NCBI RefSeq assembly: GCF_964355755.1
Contig: NC_092674.1
Span: 24,242,001-24,306,000 of the forward strand
From: Antedon mediterranea
Lineage: Eukaryota; Animalia; Echinodermata
Direction: 5' to 3'
Length of the DNA stretch: 64,000 nucleotides
Below are positions 38,801 through 49,901 of this stretch, piece after piece. The notes under the pieces are model-generated. The model was not told the DNA's origin, searched no databases, and worked only from the letters and a program-made list of their open reading frames with translations. The position numbers and the translations under genes are program-made. Position 1 is the first letter of the stretch, and the number at the start of each line of letters is the position of its first letter.

Positions 38801-41800
38801 TTTATGTGATCCATAGTTTAAGATGACATCTCACACTATAGGATTCCAGTACAGGTATTGTCTTCTCACGCATGTGTACATTGGGCCAATTGTGTCCACT
38901 GTGATTTGGCGCCATGTAGGTTTCACAGACGAATGCACATGCGCATACATTGTATTCATATTTACTCTATATTTATTCAAGTCCTTTCATTCGCATCAAA
39001 ACAAAAGTAAACCAGTAATACTGTTTCTTTTTGTTTCATATACGAATTTAAAACTTAGAGAAAGGTGAATTCCCTTGTATTACAAGATTCAAAACATTCA
39101 TTTATCCTACCATCAAAAGAAAATTACATTGTGTGCACGGCACACAATACACATGATAAAAATGGAGCATGTAGGCCTAATGTACCGTGTTTACTCTATT
39201 CAATTAGCACATGTTTGTTTTCTGCCAGTTTTTTTTTTCTTAAGTAAGAATTTCTTTCATTAATTAAAATTAGTAAATGACGGTGGTGTCTTTTCAGGAA
39301 AGTACCGGTAGGCCTACAGTATGACATAATCACAGACGAAGGGAATTTTCGGGAACCTTCCTGGATTGATTACGAGCCATTCCCAGCCTATAGGCTACTT
39401 CAAATTATTCTGCAAATGGTAGTGCCTACACTTTGGTCACTGAAATAGGACTTTACATTACAGACTCAATCATTGCGGTGGTCGGTACTTATTTTCTTTC
39501 CTTTTTTCTTTTTAACGTGCCCCAGACGAGGACTGTATGTTAGACATATAGGAATTACTGATTTGATGTCGGCGTGGATATAATAATATTAAGAGCATTT
39601 TATGATCAGAAGATTCAACAAAACATTTTTCACAAACTACATTATTATCTAAAGGTGCTGATCCTCGCGTGGCGCACGAATACTACACGCATGGCGACGT
39701 TCTCCGTACTGTCTGTCCACACGAAGACCGCAGCTGGTATGGGACACGTGGGGGAATTACTGCGATTTGACGGGATATAATGATATTAACTTGAGCATTC
39801 GTGTGATCAAAAGAATAAACGTCTTTGTTGTATTGTTTATTCAGGGTTCAGATTAACAAATGAAGGCTTTTAATGCATTGTCAGTGGAAGTACACGAGAA
39901 TGTAGGCTGAACTTTACGGACCGCTTAAATTATTAGGGATCGAAAGCAGAAGCCTGAGTGATATCATCAGCGACGTGTTTGATGTTTACAATACAATTTT
40001 ACATTGAATTACAAACAGTGCCGTATATTGTGTTTATTTAAACAATTTAAATGGATTATAAAAGACCTTTTATTATATCTTTACACTAACTCGATGTGTT
40101 TAAGACTGTTAATTATGCATTTGAATGAATGAATAAATGAGTAAATGACACGAGTGGGTCTTGGGAAATAACAGGGAAACACTGTGGTAAATGTGATAAA
40201 TAGCAATGTATTTGATAGATAGAGCGTGACTGTAACTGCATTTGTAGATTTTTAAATAAATTATGTATCTGTTACCGGGAAATTTTGACAGGGAAATGAA
40301 ATACGTGAACAATATACATTTATTTTACGGACTATCAAAAGGCAATTATTTGTCTGCCCACACACAAGATAAACTCAGTTTGATAGGAATATTAGCCTTA
40401 AACAAAAATAATCTCACCTCCAGTAAAGTAAAGTATTCGTATCTGACTATATCTATATATGTACCATCTCTCGCGTGCGTTTCGTTATACCCTGCCATGG
40501 TAATATGATTGTAATCTACTGCGCCGGTATTTTTTCAATTTTAATTTTCAAGTTTCAATTCATGCATTAGTTTGGGTGTTTCAGTATGAGTTTGTCATTA
40601 GATCACCTTTGACGGTTACAACTAATCATGGAGGTAAAAATAAACTAAGTGGCATAATGTGCGTATGACTAATGTGCGTACAGGAAAGTTGTATTACGTC
40701 ACGTATACCGTACATACGTGTGTGTGTCCAATGTCCACATTGTGGATTTTACGTTACAAATATTGTTTGGTTATTATTGTTATCAATGTCATATTGCCAT
40801 ATCATGCATGATTAGCTATCTCTAAGGCAGCTGTTAAGAAAAGATATCGGTACAGATGGGTGTAGGACCTTCATTTTGCCGTAGTGTTTGTGTTGAAACA
40901 CGGAAGCAAACACTGAAGGGCCTACCAATGTCACTAACAATACGAATACTGGATATTAAAATCCAAAATTAAACATTGTCGTTGCGATGACAAATCTTTG
41001 TAATAACAAACACGACGTTACTCTATACAAGACAAAACCTAAGTTATATCCCTTACCACTGTGGATACAGCAATTCTGCTTCTAAGATACGGAGATCTAT
41101 GCAGTAGGACGAAATATATTGGTCGGCAGATAGAATTAAATCTATCGACATAAAACGCAGAACTTAACCACGAGGGCTGAAGACCGTGCACTGGCGCTCG
41201 ATAAATGCGCACGTGCTCAGTTGGCTCAGCAGCTCTCTACACGTAAAAAGTGACGCGTGTCAAAATAGGAGGAATACTATACTTAACATGTACGGTATTG
41301 TAGGCCTACAACTGATCTGGTAATTTCGTGTGTCAATGAAAACATTCTAAAACAGGATACACAACGCAATCAGTAGTTATAAGCAGGACCCCAATAATTG
41401 GTCCCTAGAAATGTAATCGTCCCAAAACTTACCTGTTGCTAGCTTGCGTGTGTACTCCGGATCTTCTATAATATACTCCAATCCTGTTTCTGAGTTCATA
41501 ACGGCTTTTATACAGGCAACTATTTCCAACTGTGCAAACAAGTTAGCAAAATCTACTCGATTTTCTTGACTAACCCTTTTTTGTGTCAAATATAATAATT
41601 CCAATCCCCCTAGCTCCAAGAAACGTAACATCCATTGCTTGCTACATTCATTTGTCAGTCTGTGTCTCAGTGAAGTGTACTTATGAATAGAAGGTCCGTC
41701 ACGGATCAGTCGAATACACGTTTCTGGATCACTGGAGTCCTGCAAGGTGGCAGCAGTGTTAGCATTTGAGGGATCGTTTTTAACTTTCTGTAGCAGCCTC

Positions 41801-41895
41801 CGCCAATTCTTACGCGCGGCAACTGACGTATGCCGCTGCTGTATGCATTCGTCACTGACGTCTGATTTTGAACTTATGAGAAGCAGGGATTCCAT
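1768..41895 (-). CDS. INF2: Inverted formin (INF2/FHDC1-like), whole gene span, 16 coding exons, ~2267 aa: DID-FH1-FH2-WH2/DAD-long Ser/Pro/basic tail
   Basis: Exons joined by GT-AG with consistent phases: 41433-41895, 32315-32430, 28786-28945, 21355-21388, 15962-16109, 14537-15325, 13345-13523, 11829-11931, 11441-11526, 11179-11279, 10849-10919, 10177-10284, 9027-9097, 7521-7641, 6905-7069, 1768-5856; total 6804 nt. Motifs: [35 protein letters not shown], poly-Pro FH1, [38 protein letters not shown]. Choosing INF2 over FHDC1 needs a phylogeny. Confidence 0.93.
6431..6614. mobile_element. Palindromic MITE family A (PIF/Harbinger-like)
   Basis: TIR AGCTTGGTTCCCACTAG...CTAGTGGGAACCACGCT with TAA/TTA flanks; near-identical copy at 56566-56753. 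Confidence 0.85.
6905..7069 (-). CDS. INF2: Formin coding exon 15 (FH2 end)
   Basis: ttag|[13 protein letters not shown]...[33 protein letters not shown]|gtgagt. Confidence 0.92.
7521..7641 (-). CDS. INF2: Formin coding exon 14 (FH2)
   Basis: gtag|[40 protein letters not shown]|gtaagc. Confidence 0.9.
9027..9097 (-). CDS. INF2: Formin coding exon 13 (FH2)
   Basis: ttag|[23 protein letters not shown]|gtatgt. Confidence 0.9.
9354..9461. mobile_element. Degenerate MITE family A copy
   Basis: cttggcttccaccagaaacgtaac...ctagtgtgggaaccaagc. Confidence 0.6.
10177..10284 (-). CDS. INF2: Formin coding exon 12 (FH2)
   Basis: acag|[36 protein letters not shown]|gtaagc. Confidence 0.94.
10849..10919 (-). 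CDS. INF2: Formin coding exon 11 (FH2, GNFLN)
   Basis: ttag|[23 protein letters not shown]|gtaagt. Confidence 0.93.
11005..11115 (-). mobile_element. 3' end fragment of a CR1-clade LINE
   Basis: Minus-strand peptide [12 protein letters not shown] resembles the CR1 ORF2 C-terminus (F+.+LDK.W), followed by a short 3' UTR. Confidence 0.5.
11179..11279 (-). CDS. INF2: Formin coding exon 10 (FH2)
   Basis: ttag|[33 protein letters not shown]|gtaagt. Confidence 0.92.
11441..11526 (-). CDS. INF2: Formin coding exon 9 (FH2)
   Basis: ttag|[28 protein letters not shown]|gtaagt. Confidence 0.92.
11829..11931 (-). CDS. INF2: Formin coding exon 8 (FH2)
   Basis: ccag|[34 protein letters not shown]|gtaag. 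Confidence 0.92.
12058..12293 (+). mobile_element. 5'-truncated SINE with Nin/Deu-like central domain and (ACCTTT)n tail
   Basis: ggatgtaaagccgttg.tcccgtgtactt...gtgcacgttaaagaac.tggtacactattcgaaaagagtaggg; tail acctttacctttaccttt. Domain assignment is from memory of SINE cores. Confidence 0.65.
13345..13523 (-). CDS. INF2: Formin coding exon 7 (FH2)
   Basis: ttag|[19 protein letters not shown]...[21 protein letters not shown]|gtaag. Confidence 0.93.
14537..15325 (-). CDS. INF2: Formin coding exon 6 (dimerisation region, FH1 poly-proline, FH2 start)
   Basis: ttag|[20 protein letters not shown]...[23 protein letters not shown]...[12 protein letters not shown]...NIWNRVNK|gtaact. Confidence 0.94.
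15962..16109 (-). CDS. INF2: Formin coding exon 5
   Basis: ttttag|[49 protein letters not shown]|gtcagt. Confidence 0.9.
18543..18574. mobile_element. P/Galileo-type excision footprint (32-bp hairpin, 7-bp TSD GTGCCAC)
   Basis: gtgccac|CATGGAAGAAAAAAATTATTTTTTCCTCCATG|gtgccac. Confidence 0.7.
20949..20980. mobile_element. P/Galileo-type excision footprint (32-bp hairpin, 7-bp TSD ACTTAAC)
   Basis: acttaac|CATGGAGGTATAACAAATTTTATACCTCCATG|acttaac. Confidence 0.72.
21355..21388 (-). CDS. INF2: Formin coding exon 4 (34 bp)
   Basis: ttttgcag|(G)[10 protein letters not shown](R)|gtaagt; phases 1 and 2 match the flanking exons. Confidence 0.9.
21389..21760 (-). promoter_or_regulatory. Candidate internal promoter / alternative first exon of the formin gene
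   Basis: CpG-richer island directly upstream of exon 4, GC box (gggcgg 21730-21735), CCAAT (~21674-21678), and an ATG at 21422 in frame with exon 4. Confidence 0.4.
23694..24555. repeat. Tandem repeat, 4 x 215 bp, nearly identical
   Basis: Unit starts aaactttattgttttgttgagcc at 23694, 23909, 24124 and 24339; one substitution seen in copy 4 (cgaaag vs cgtaag). Confidence 0.97.
26102..26121. mobile_element. P/Galileo-type excision footprint (20-bp hairpin, 7-bp TSD GTAATAC)
   Basis: gtaatac|CACGGAGCTATAGCTCCATG|gtaatac. Confidence 0.72.
28786..28945 (-). CDS. INF2: Formin coding exon 3 (160 bp, DID)
   Basis: gacag|[54 protein letters not shown]|gtaagt. Confidence 0.93.
32315..32430 (-). CDS. 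INF2: Formin coding exon 2 (116 bp, DID)
   Basis: tttacag|(A)[38 protein letters not shown]|gtaagt; not in the ORF track. Confidence 0.93.
33456..33626. mobile_element. MITE family B copy
   Basis: aagcgctgtctacac...gtgatgt...cccaaatatg.tagtgatatg...acatcacatt...tgtagacagggcttta. Confidence 0.75.
34155..34737. mobile_element. Non-autonomous Kolobok-like DNA transposon
   Basis: TTAA|AG...CT|TTAA ends; imperfect TIR AGGCCAGGTGCGGGCA vs AGCTCCGGTACAGGCA. Confidence 0.5.
36792..36987. mobile_element. MITE family C, inverted copy
   Basis: acagacgagcggtaacggt...gcggaaaccgcccgtccgctccgcg...ccgttaccgctcgtctgtgtaaattggccttta. Confidence 0.8.
37579..37727. mobile_element. MITE family B copy
   Basis: ctctgtctaca..tatcaaactagtttga...gggcacatca...agtttgatagtgtaga. 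Confidence 0.75.
38072..38257. mobile_element. MITE family C
   Basis: TIR TAAAG.CCAA.TTACACAGACGAGCGGTAACGG...; inverted copy at 36792-36987, fragment at 32015-32092. Confidence 0.8.
38672..38781. mobile_element. MITE family B copy (opposite orientation to 37579-37727)
   Basis: atgtcatatcactacca..tatttgggcacatcac...aaactagtttgatagtgtagacaaagctta. Confidence 0.7.
41433..41895 (-). CDS. INF2: Formin coding exon 1 (N-terminal DID/armadillo region)
   Basis: MESLLL...[17 protein letters not shown]...[16 protein letters not shown]...KLAT G|gtaagt. An in-frame TGA lies 3 codons upstream of the ATG. A pyrimidine-rich acceptor (ttag) at ~41923 implies an upstream non-coding exon. Confidence 0.92.
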
Positions 41896-43901
41896 TAATC
41901 CTCACAATTGTACGTAATTAATCTAATTCAAAAAGAATAAAAGAATCATTTGTATTTTGTTAATTAGGTAGCTACGTCCCCTCAACCTTACATTCTAATT
42001 TAGGATACTTTTATTGTCCATATACGGATGATCAAGGGTTTAAATGAAAGCAAACTAAAGCTGTTTATGGACATTATTTGAGCATTTGTCTTTAATTGGT
42101 AGTCGACATCATGTATATGCTGGAACTAAAAATTCAGGTGAAATTCTACCAGTAAAACTAAAAATAGAAGTTTATGCCAACATTTGTTCTTCATTTATTT
42201 TAAATACTAATAGTAATCATTCGAATTTCTGAAAGAAAAGTACTGAGCTGTTTAAAAAGACAATATTTAAGAATTTCTCTGAAATTGGTAGCCTCCTAAT
42301 ATATTGCAGAGATTATAATTTTGTTGAAATTCTATTATCATAGCGAAATATGGTATAAATAATTATTTATATAATAAAATATTATTATTAATTGTGAACA
42401 ATGTTTCGAACAACCAAATTGAAGAATTAGTATGGGATGCCTATTTTATATATTATATAAGGTTATTTAAAAGAGAAAACGCACATTCAATATGATTTTA
42501 TTCACCTTTGTTAAATAATTGTGAAGTAGGGTAGGTGACAGGTCTACAACTGTAGCCTACGAACTCTGAAATGGAGATTCAAGATTCCTAAAATGGAAAT
42601 ATATTTTTCCTAGCATAGGCCTTAATTAAGACAATTAAAAAAATGATTGAATTGCCTAAACGCTATAATATAGGGCAATGGTAGAATACGGTTAATATTA
42701 TTTAATGTTAAAATGATTAACAAGGCTTAAAATTCAAAACAAAAATTACAGTACAAAGAGTTATCATTTCTTTGGTTTTGGTAATATTACGAATTGAGTC
42801 AATTTACAACTTCGTATACCCCCATGGACAGAAAGAGTAACGACGTTTTTTCCAGCTTACATTACACTGTTGGTGTTGGGGACCCTTTCTTATCAACACA
42901 ATCAAATATGCTTCTGGCTGATACATGTCAAGTTACACAGTATTACAATCGCTATTGAATTCGAATAATTCAATTTAAAAAAGAAAGGTGTTCACAATAA
43001 AAACATTGATACTTGTAAGTCATATGCCTAATAGTATTGGTTCAAGGCTTCCAGTCCAATCACACATTTCATTAAGAACTTTCTTCCTGTCCCTCGGGCA
43101 ATTTCACAGCTTTACGCAACTATAACAAAACTTGATACAACACGTATTGACGATGGAGGTAAACATATAACAAGCTTATGATATCAATTGTTACACACAA
43201 CAACGCGGTGGGTCAAGTGCAAAGTTACGCGTACTAAACACGCATCTTTGGAATTTCTTGATGCACAGCGTGCAATATTACGTGGAATATCATTTTTAGC
43301 ACGCGCGTTTTGCAATTAAGAATATTTGCCAACGGTGCTAATAATCATGGTAGAAGTGGTTAATATCTAACGAAAAATGATATTATTAAAATATTATACA
43401 CATGTGGACCAACTGAAAAGCTAACATTTAGGAAATAAGACGTGTAAAAAGTGTTGAGGGCGTCGTTTAAATGTGAAAGTTATAGGACAGTCTGACGACA
43501 GTCTTGTCCCGAACAATTATTAAATGTTAATTTTATTTTAGGCATTTTGCGAAATACAGGCGAACCTCTCCTTTGACACCCACTTGTAAAAGTAGACTCT
43601 TTCCAGTGAATGAGGGGAAATTATTTAATACAGCCAGCCCTGTTTTAAAAACTCTCTCATTAAGGGGACACATGGTTTGGTTGGCTCCCCCTAATAACCA
43701 GTGTTAATACTGCTATGCTTGCATTTTACAAAGCAACTTTATAGGTAGTCTAAATTTAACAAATTTCTCTCTTAAATTAATTTTAAAGCCCGTGTTTGTC
43801 TAGACGTCTGCGAGTAAATTCAACTAATTGACAAAGATGTTTGTTTTTTGACATAGAACATTTTTATATGACATTGTAAGGGTAGCTTAAAATAAGTAGG
43901 C

Positions 43902-44069
43902 AATAATAATGATGATGATGATGATAACGATGATGATGATGATGGTGATAATGATGATGATGGTGATAATGATGATGATGATGGTGATAATGATGATGAT
44001 GGTGATAATGATGATGATGATGGTGATAATGATGATGATGATGGTGATGATGATGGTGAGGATGATGAT
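43902..44069. repeat. Compound trinucleotide microsatellite (GAT)n with periodic GGT-GAT-AAT interruptions
   Basis: gatgatgatgatggtgataat repeated; gives the spurious poly-His ORF on the minus strand. Confidence 0.95.
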
Positions 44070-46987
44070 TACAATATGACACTGACAGATTGATTTTTTA
44101 CAGTGAAATTCGAGGTCTCAATCCTCATGTTATGTTATAAAATGGTCCTCCTTTTCACATAGAATAAATTTGACATTTTGTCATGACTTGATAATCATTC
44201 ATCAACTCTCAATGTTATTCTGACTTTTTTTAGCAAGCATACTACTCGAACTAGAGCACGTCAAATTGAACTCTGCTCCAATAGCATGATACAATCGAAC
44301 ATGATATGGAATACCTCGCATGGCCTAAGTTAATGAGTTCTCACCACTATTACGTTTCCGAATCGTAATGACTCCTCCGTCAATGTCCTCACCAAAGAAA
44401 CATGATATTCTTGCAATGTAGTAATGAACTTCTTCATTTCAATAGTATAAGTCTATTTTGATTTTAAACATCTCCCATTTTTTAAAAATATTTTCTTGTA
44501 TTGTATAAATATTGGAATAATTTACATGTCCACGTAGAAGCTAAACCATGGTTTCTATATATAAATTACATAGGATTATTATAGGATTTTCTTTTTTGCC
44601 TGTACTGTATGCCTTTGAAACTTTTGATGTTTTTTCATCATAGTGTTTTTTTAAATGTTTTTTATCTTAAGAGCCTTGTCTGTGTACAAACAATGAGTTT
44701 TAAATACTTTTATATATTTGACAATAAATGTTGTGCAAGCACCGCACTCTTTTATTCATTCATACATTAGTGTAGTACTAGTGAGTGACGTGTTATCAAC
44801 ACGATGATTGGAGGATTAGACAAACACATTCTCATTCTATCAAGTTAGAACCGGACGGGAAGTGAAACTGCCATCCACATATAGGCCTGTAGAACCAAAT
44901 GTGACAATTCTGTTTTAGAGATATACTGTCTTTACTAAGCCAACCATAAATTGTATACATTCTTAAATTTTTTAATTTTTATCTTTAGATTGTTTTTACT
45001 TATAAGTTTAAATTTGATCATGGATGGATAATCAATTTCGTCGCGAGTGACGCAGCGTCCGCAAATCGTACCGTAGGCCTACTTAGTTAAACAATTAATA
45101 AACAAACTAATTTAAGATTTATTCCGATCACTGAACGTAAGTCCGTATTGAACGTAAAATTAAGACTTTCAACTGGCCTATTTCCTTTTTCAGCTGCTTT
45201 TAAGAACAATTAGAGTCTTAATTAAATGGAATTTATATGCTGTTATAGTCTTATAGACACGTACATCTCATCCTATAGGCCCACAATGTTTACTTTACTT
45301 AACCATGATGTAATCAATGTGCAAAGAAAAAATAGAAGCGGGAATAAAGCCTGCACTCGGCGAACATATGTCGATGTAATTCATTAGTTCGGAATTGACA
45401 AGAAAGATCTGCAGGCCTTTTACGTGATTTGCAATTAATTGTTTATTAAGAAGGTTGTGTATACAGGTAATGTTACTAATGTTTATACCAATCCATACAA
45501 CATTCAATTAGGCCTGGATAGTGTCCTTTGTTCCTATACGATATCTGCGTGTCATTGTTAGTACGAGAAAAAATGAAAAAAAGCATGACATAATAAATAT
45601 CGGCATATGTATTCTCACGCACGTTTGATCCCATACTCTGGATCTGTTTGGTCATCAATCGCGTCATTCATATAGAGTCATGCCATTGAGCTTAAAGATA
45701 TACCGTATTGTCCTCAGACATTTGCGGAAACCAACAAATATAATAACATCGCTTATAAAAAAGACAAAATAAACGGCTACTGAGGTTTTGGTTTTTTTTT
45801 TCATGAGGAGAACATCGACGACTATTATTATAAAATTAGCGATGCTTTTACTGCTTGTCAGTGCATTTCGTTTGCTTAAAGACGGTGGAATATATATCGA
45901 AGTCTCTTTGGTGGTCCGGTATAGACCCATTGCATTTAATATAGGCCTAACATGCTCTTAAAAAACAAGACAAAAATGATTTGTTACAAACTAGAAAAAG
46001 TAAAAATAATCAATCCAGAGTTTAGGCATTATACAAAGTGACAAACAAATTTAAAAAATACAAAATACACCGTAGTCTAAACAAATACGGATTCTTATAC
46101 AACCTAAAAAATAAAAGTTTGTAAATAACGATTTTATTATTCCAGTGTAGTTATCTACTATGTCATAAGTTATAAATCCATAAACAAACTTATATAATGT
46201 TAACATCACAGTATATCCCTTTATGTTTCCTAAAATCTAACCATTATCAATAATGTAATATATTATAAAATGCATGTCATACATACCTCTAAAAAAGAAA
46301 GCTATAGACCCCTCAATAAACTGACTATTCCTGATTCTTCAACACAACAATTGTTATATCTCTCATACTAGATCGGCTGATAAAACAACTACGGAAGCGC
46401 ATGCGTGTATATCTTCATTAATATTAGGTCTAGGCCAATTAATCTTGATTACTAAGTCTGCTAGTTATTTGTAGAGACCTGGGGTGGGCTGACGACTTTT
46501 GATGATGGGGATCATCTTAGCCAATCATAACCTACGTTGAGTTGTAGATTAAGGAGCTACCATATGAATAATTTGAACCGTATCTTTATTGTGATTAAGG
46601 GTGTAAAAATGCATAACCATAATTACTTGTAATTTAAAGGATACCCCATGGAATATAAGAGTAATATAGATGCAATTATTGTAATATTTATTCGAGGTCA
46701 GGGTATAAACAAATTTAAGGCTAATTTGAAACATCATTACCTTAATATATATATTATTTTATACATCTTATTTTGAATAATTGGCCATACGTTGGCCGAC
46801 GTAAAAGTAAAATGATGAATAGAAATGAAAATTGTTAATTCATCATAAATGTTGTGTATAGTTTTAGATACGTTTATCATAATGTTGTTGCTTAGACGTA
46901 CATTATTATGATATTATTCACACACATATTTTGTGCGTACAATACTGTGTTTTTTGTGGGGTAACTTATCCACTATTAAACCAATAA

Positions 46988-47094
46988 GGCCATATACATG
47001 GCTGCAGTCGCGTGCACAAATTTGAGTTAGTGTTTACCGACCGACCGACCGACCGACATAGTGAGCTGGAGAGTCGCGTGCAAACAGACGAAAA
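46988..47094 (+). mobile_element. DINE-1/HINE-like short element
   Basis: agtcgcgtgca occurs twice around a (CCGA)5 microsatellite, with A-rich flanks. Confidence 0.45.
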
Positions 47095-49880
47095 GCTCAA
47101 GAGTTCCCCAATGACGACGGCTGGTTCTTCCCACCCAATGAATAAATTAATAAATAATAGAACAGAAAACTCATTAGAACAAAACTCAAGTGTTCATTTA
47201 ATGGGTCACTTTAAATCGATCATGAACGTATATAGTATTTACCTTCCTTTCGGTTGACAGGAAAGTTTCGGAATAGTGGTGTTCCAAAAGAGAAGTTTAA
47301 TACTATTGTCTATTTGTATTTCAAATGTATCTGCTGCTTTCTTCAGGTAGAAAATGAATTAGTATGTTTTTTGCCTTGTTGGTCACATAACACGCAATTA
47401 ATAATTGTCCTGTCCGTACGCTAAACAATTTTCAACAGAGAAAGAAATCTATATATAAACATCAACACTATTGCCAAAATACAGGTGTTGCAAAGGTGTT
47501 CACTTTCTAACGTCCTCGTTAATTAAAACAAATCTAATATTCATTAATTGATTAACAGATTCGTTTGTTTCCGGTGGGACTTCATTTAAAGGCAATTTAT
47601 CAATCAAAATAAAGCTGGCACGCACCGATGAATCACAGCCTATGCCGCCCGCCGGCAGTATTCACGTTTCGTCTAATAATGGACGTCTAGGCCTAACTCA
47701 TTTTTAACAACGCCTTTAAAAATATAGATCCATCCGAGATACTTATGTATCAACAGCTGAATAGAAACAATACAGTTACTTGATGTCATGTCAATCTAGT
47801 TCAAGTTGTGAAAGCTGCCATTTTACCGTGTGAACACCCCTTATTAATCTATAAACATTATTATTGATTTTTACGGACACAAAAAACAAGTCAATTTCAC
47901 TCAAACCGTTAAGGGGGAAAATTTTAGCTGTGAAATGATGACGGGAGGATGAATTATGAATTGAACAACTTTAGCCTATAGGCTAAATATTACATTTATT
48001 TAGTTTTCCAGTGAAGAATGAAATTGTGATCATACTAATTTGAATCGTCAATCATTGCCTCTCTATCAATTTTGGCAGACCGATTCGGCAAAAATATTGG
48101 GATCAAATTCTATATACTTTTAAAACATGGAGCTCAAAACTGTATCACCGACCAAGGAGAGTGAACCCCTCCCTCTTCCCCAACCAAAGCTTGCCCCTCC
48201 CCTTTTACAAATCCTTATATCCTCCATTGGTTTCTGTAATTTAATTGTCTCTTCATCTCCTTTGATACTGGCCTATATCAGAATGTAGTTTACGATGCTT
48301 TAGAGTTCCATGTTCCTTATAGGCCTACCTATCGTACAATATACTGCATTAGCAATTTAATTAGGCGGTCCATAGAAGATAAAGAATCAATAATAAGTTA
48401 TTACTTTTCGATGTTGGTGGTCGTAGTCAGCAATTAGTAACGGAATAATATAGCATTACACGTATACATAATCATCACAGACGGCAAACTGAATGAACTT
48501 ATTATTGCAGGACACCGTACGCTCCTCGTTATTGGGCATGTGCTTAATCTCTTTAATATGATTCATTATTGTTTAACAAATTAAGCATTTAGTCTTGGCT
48601 TTAATTTGTATCCTAATTGAATTCGAGATTGCTTCAATATATCATTTTTAAGTGGTTTAATTTTTTCCTTTTTGTAAGTGTGCTGTCATTTTGGCCTTTT
48701 TATTTTCGAGGGAATGGTAGGCATAATATGGATAAACGTACCTCTGATAATATACATTACACGAACAAATTAAAAGAACAAAACAAGAACAAATGCTGAA
48801 ACGAAATTAAGATTGTATAGTAGACTACGTAAGAATATTTAACAAAATAAACAAATAAAACAAAACCAACAATCACTTGAAACAAAACATTAGGCCTAGG
48901 CCTAATGTATTGAAATCGTTGTGTAATGTTTTTATCCCGTTTTTCTACTAGAGGAATTTATTTGCAGCCAAAATAGTTTCCTCGCATATATATTCAAATT
49001 TTCTGATTCATCTACTTTTTTTCGGAACTTAAGAATAAATATAACACCAATAGAGCTATAAGGAGGTGTTCAATCTGCGCACCGAGTAGTTCAGTGTTAA
49101 AACGGTCTTACGTAAGAAAAAAAAAACAGACTTAAAGGGTTGATCCGGGTATAAACTTTGTTTTTGTTTTTTTGTAAGCGTTGAGGAATTAGTTTAGTCA
49201 ACAATCTCCATGGTTATATATAGCATAAATAATAATTTTATTCGGCATGTTATATCAAGCACAATCTTCCCAGGAGTAAGCAGTAGGCTTAGGCCTGAAC
49301 AGAATTATTCTCCTGCGCCAACATTTATATTGTTGAGAGTGTAGTAAGCAGTCCCTCTTCACGTCACATCTGAAGAGGCACTGTGGTGGAACGTTTATAA
49401 TATCACGTAGTTCTTTCTATTTACAATAATTTTTATCATCAGGTTAAAAATAAAAGTGTAAATAACCCCATCGTAGGTCACCGTATTGAATCTTTGAACA
49501 ATGATAGAAACATTGATTATAATATCAACATTGGTTAGCTGTTTCCGGTAGACGATTCGATGTTGTGTGATTTTTTGTTGATTTATAAATCGTTAATAAA
49601 TACTTGGTTCTCTTGGACAAAGCAACGCAATGCAACGATGTAAGCCGCGCAATGCAGTTTGAAGTTCGTGATTGCTCCTTGCGCGGTGTGCGCTTTCGTC
49701 CTTGGTGTCGACCAAGTGGGACCGTTTGAAGTGGAATCCCTCTACACGGATAGAACTGAGGTAGCGCAAAAGACGAGCCTCTTTCGCCTAAATATTATTA
49801 TTTTTACACTTAATATTCCTGTTTTATGCCAAGGGTTAAGGGAATACAATACAAACATGCTATAACTTAACTGTTATCAC

Positions 49881-49901
49881 CAAAGAACTATAAGTTCTTT
49901 G
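49881..49901. mobile_element. P/Galileo-type excision footprint (21-bp hairpin, 7-bp TSD TTATCAC)
   Basis: ttatcac|CAAAGAACTATAAGTTCTTTG|ttatcac. Confidence 0.68.

Noticed and set aside
43864-44082. Poly-histidine ORF on the minus strand
   Set aside because: It is only the translation of a (GAT/ATC)n microsatellite; no splice or homology support.
44150-44520. Possible L2-type LINE 3' remnant (HTTR, IWN peptides)
   Set aside because: Too degraded to call from sequence alone.
45295-45930. Chain of minus-strand ORFs as a possible decayed membrane-protein pseudogene
   Set aside because: No recognisable domain or consistent frame; cannot be supported without a homology search.
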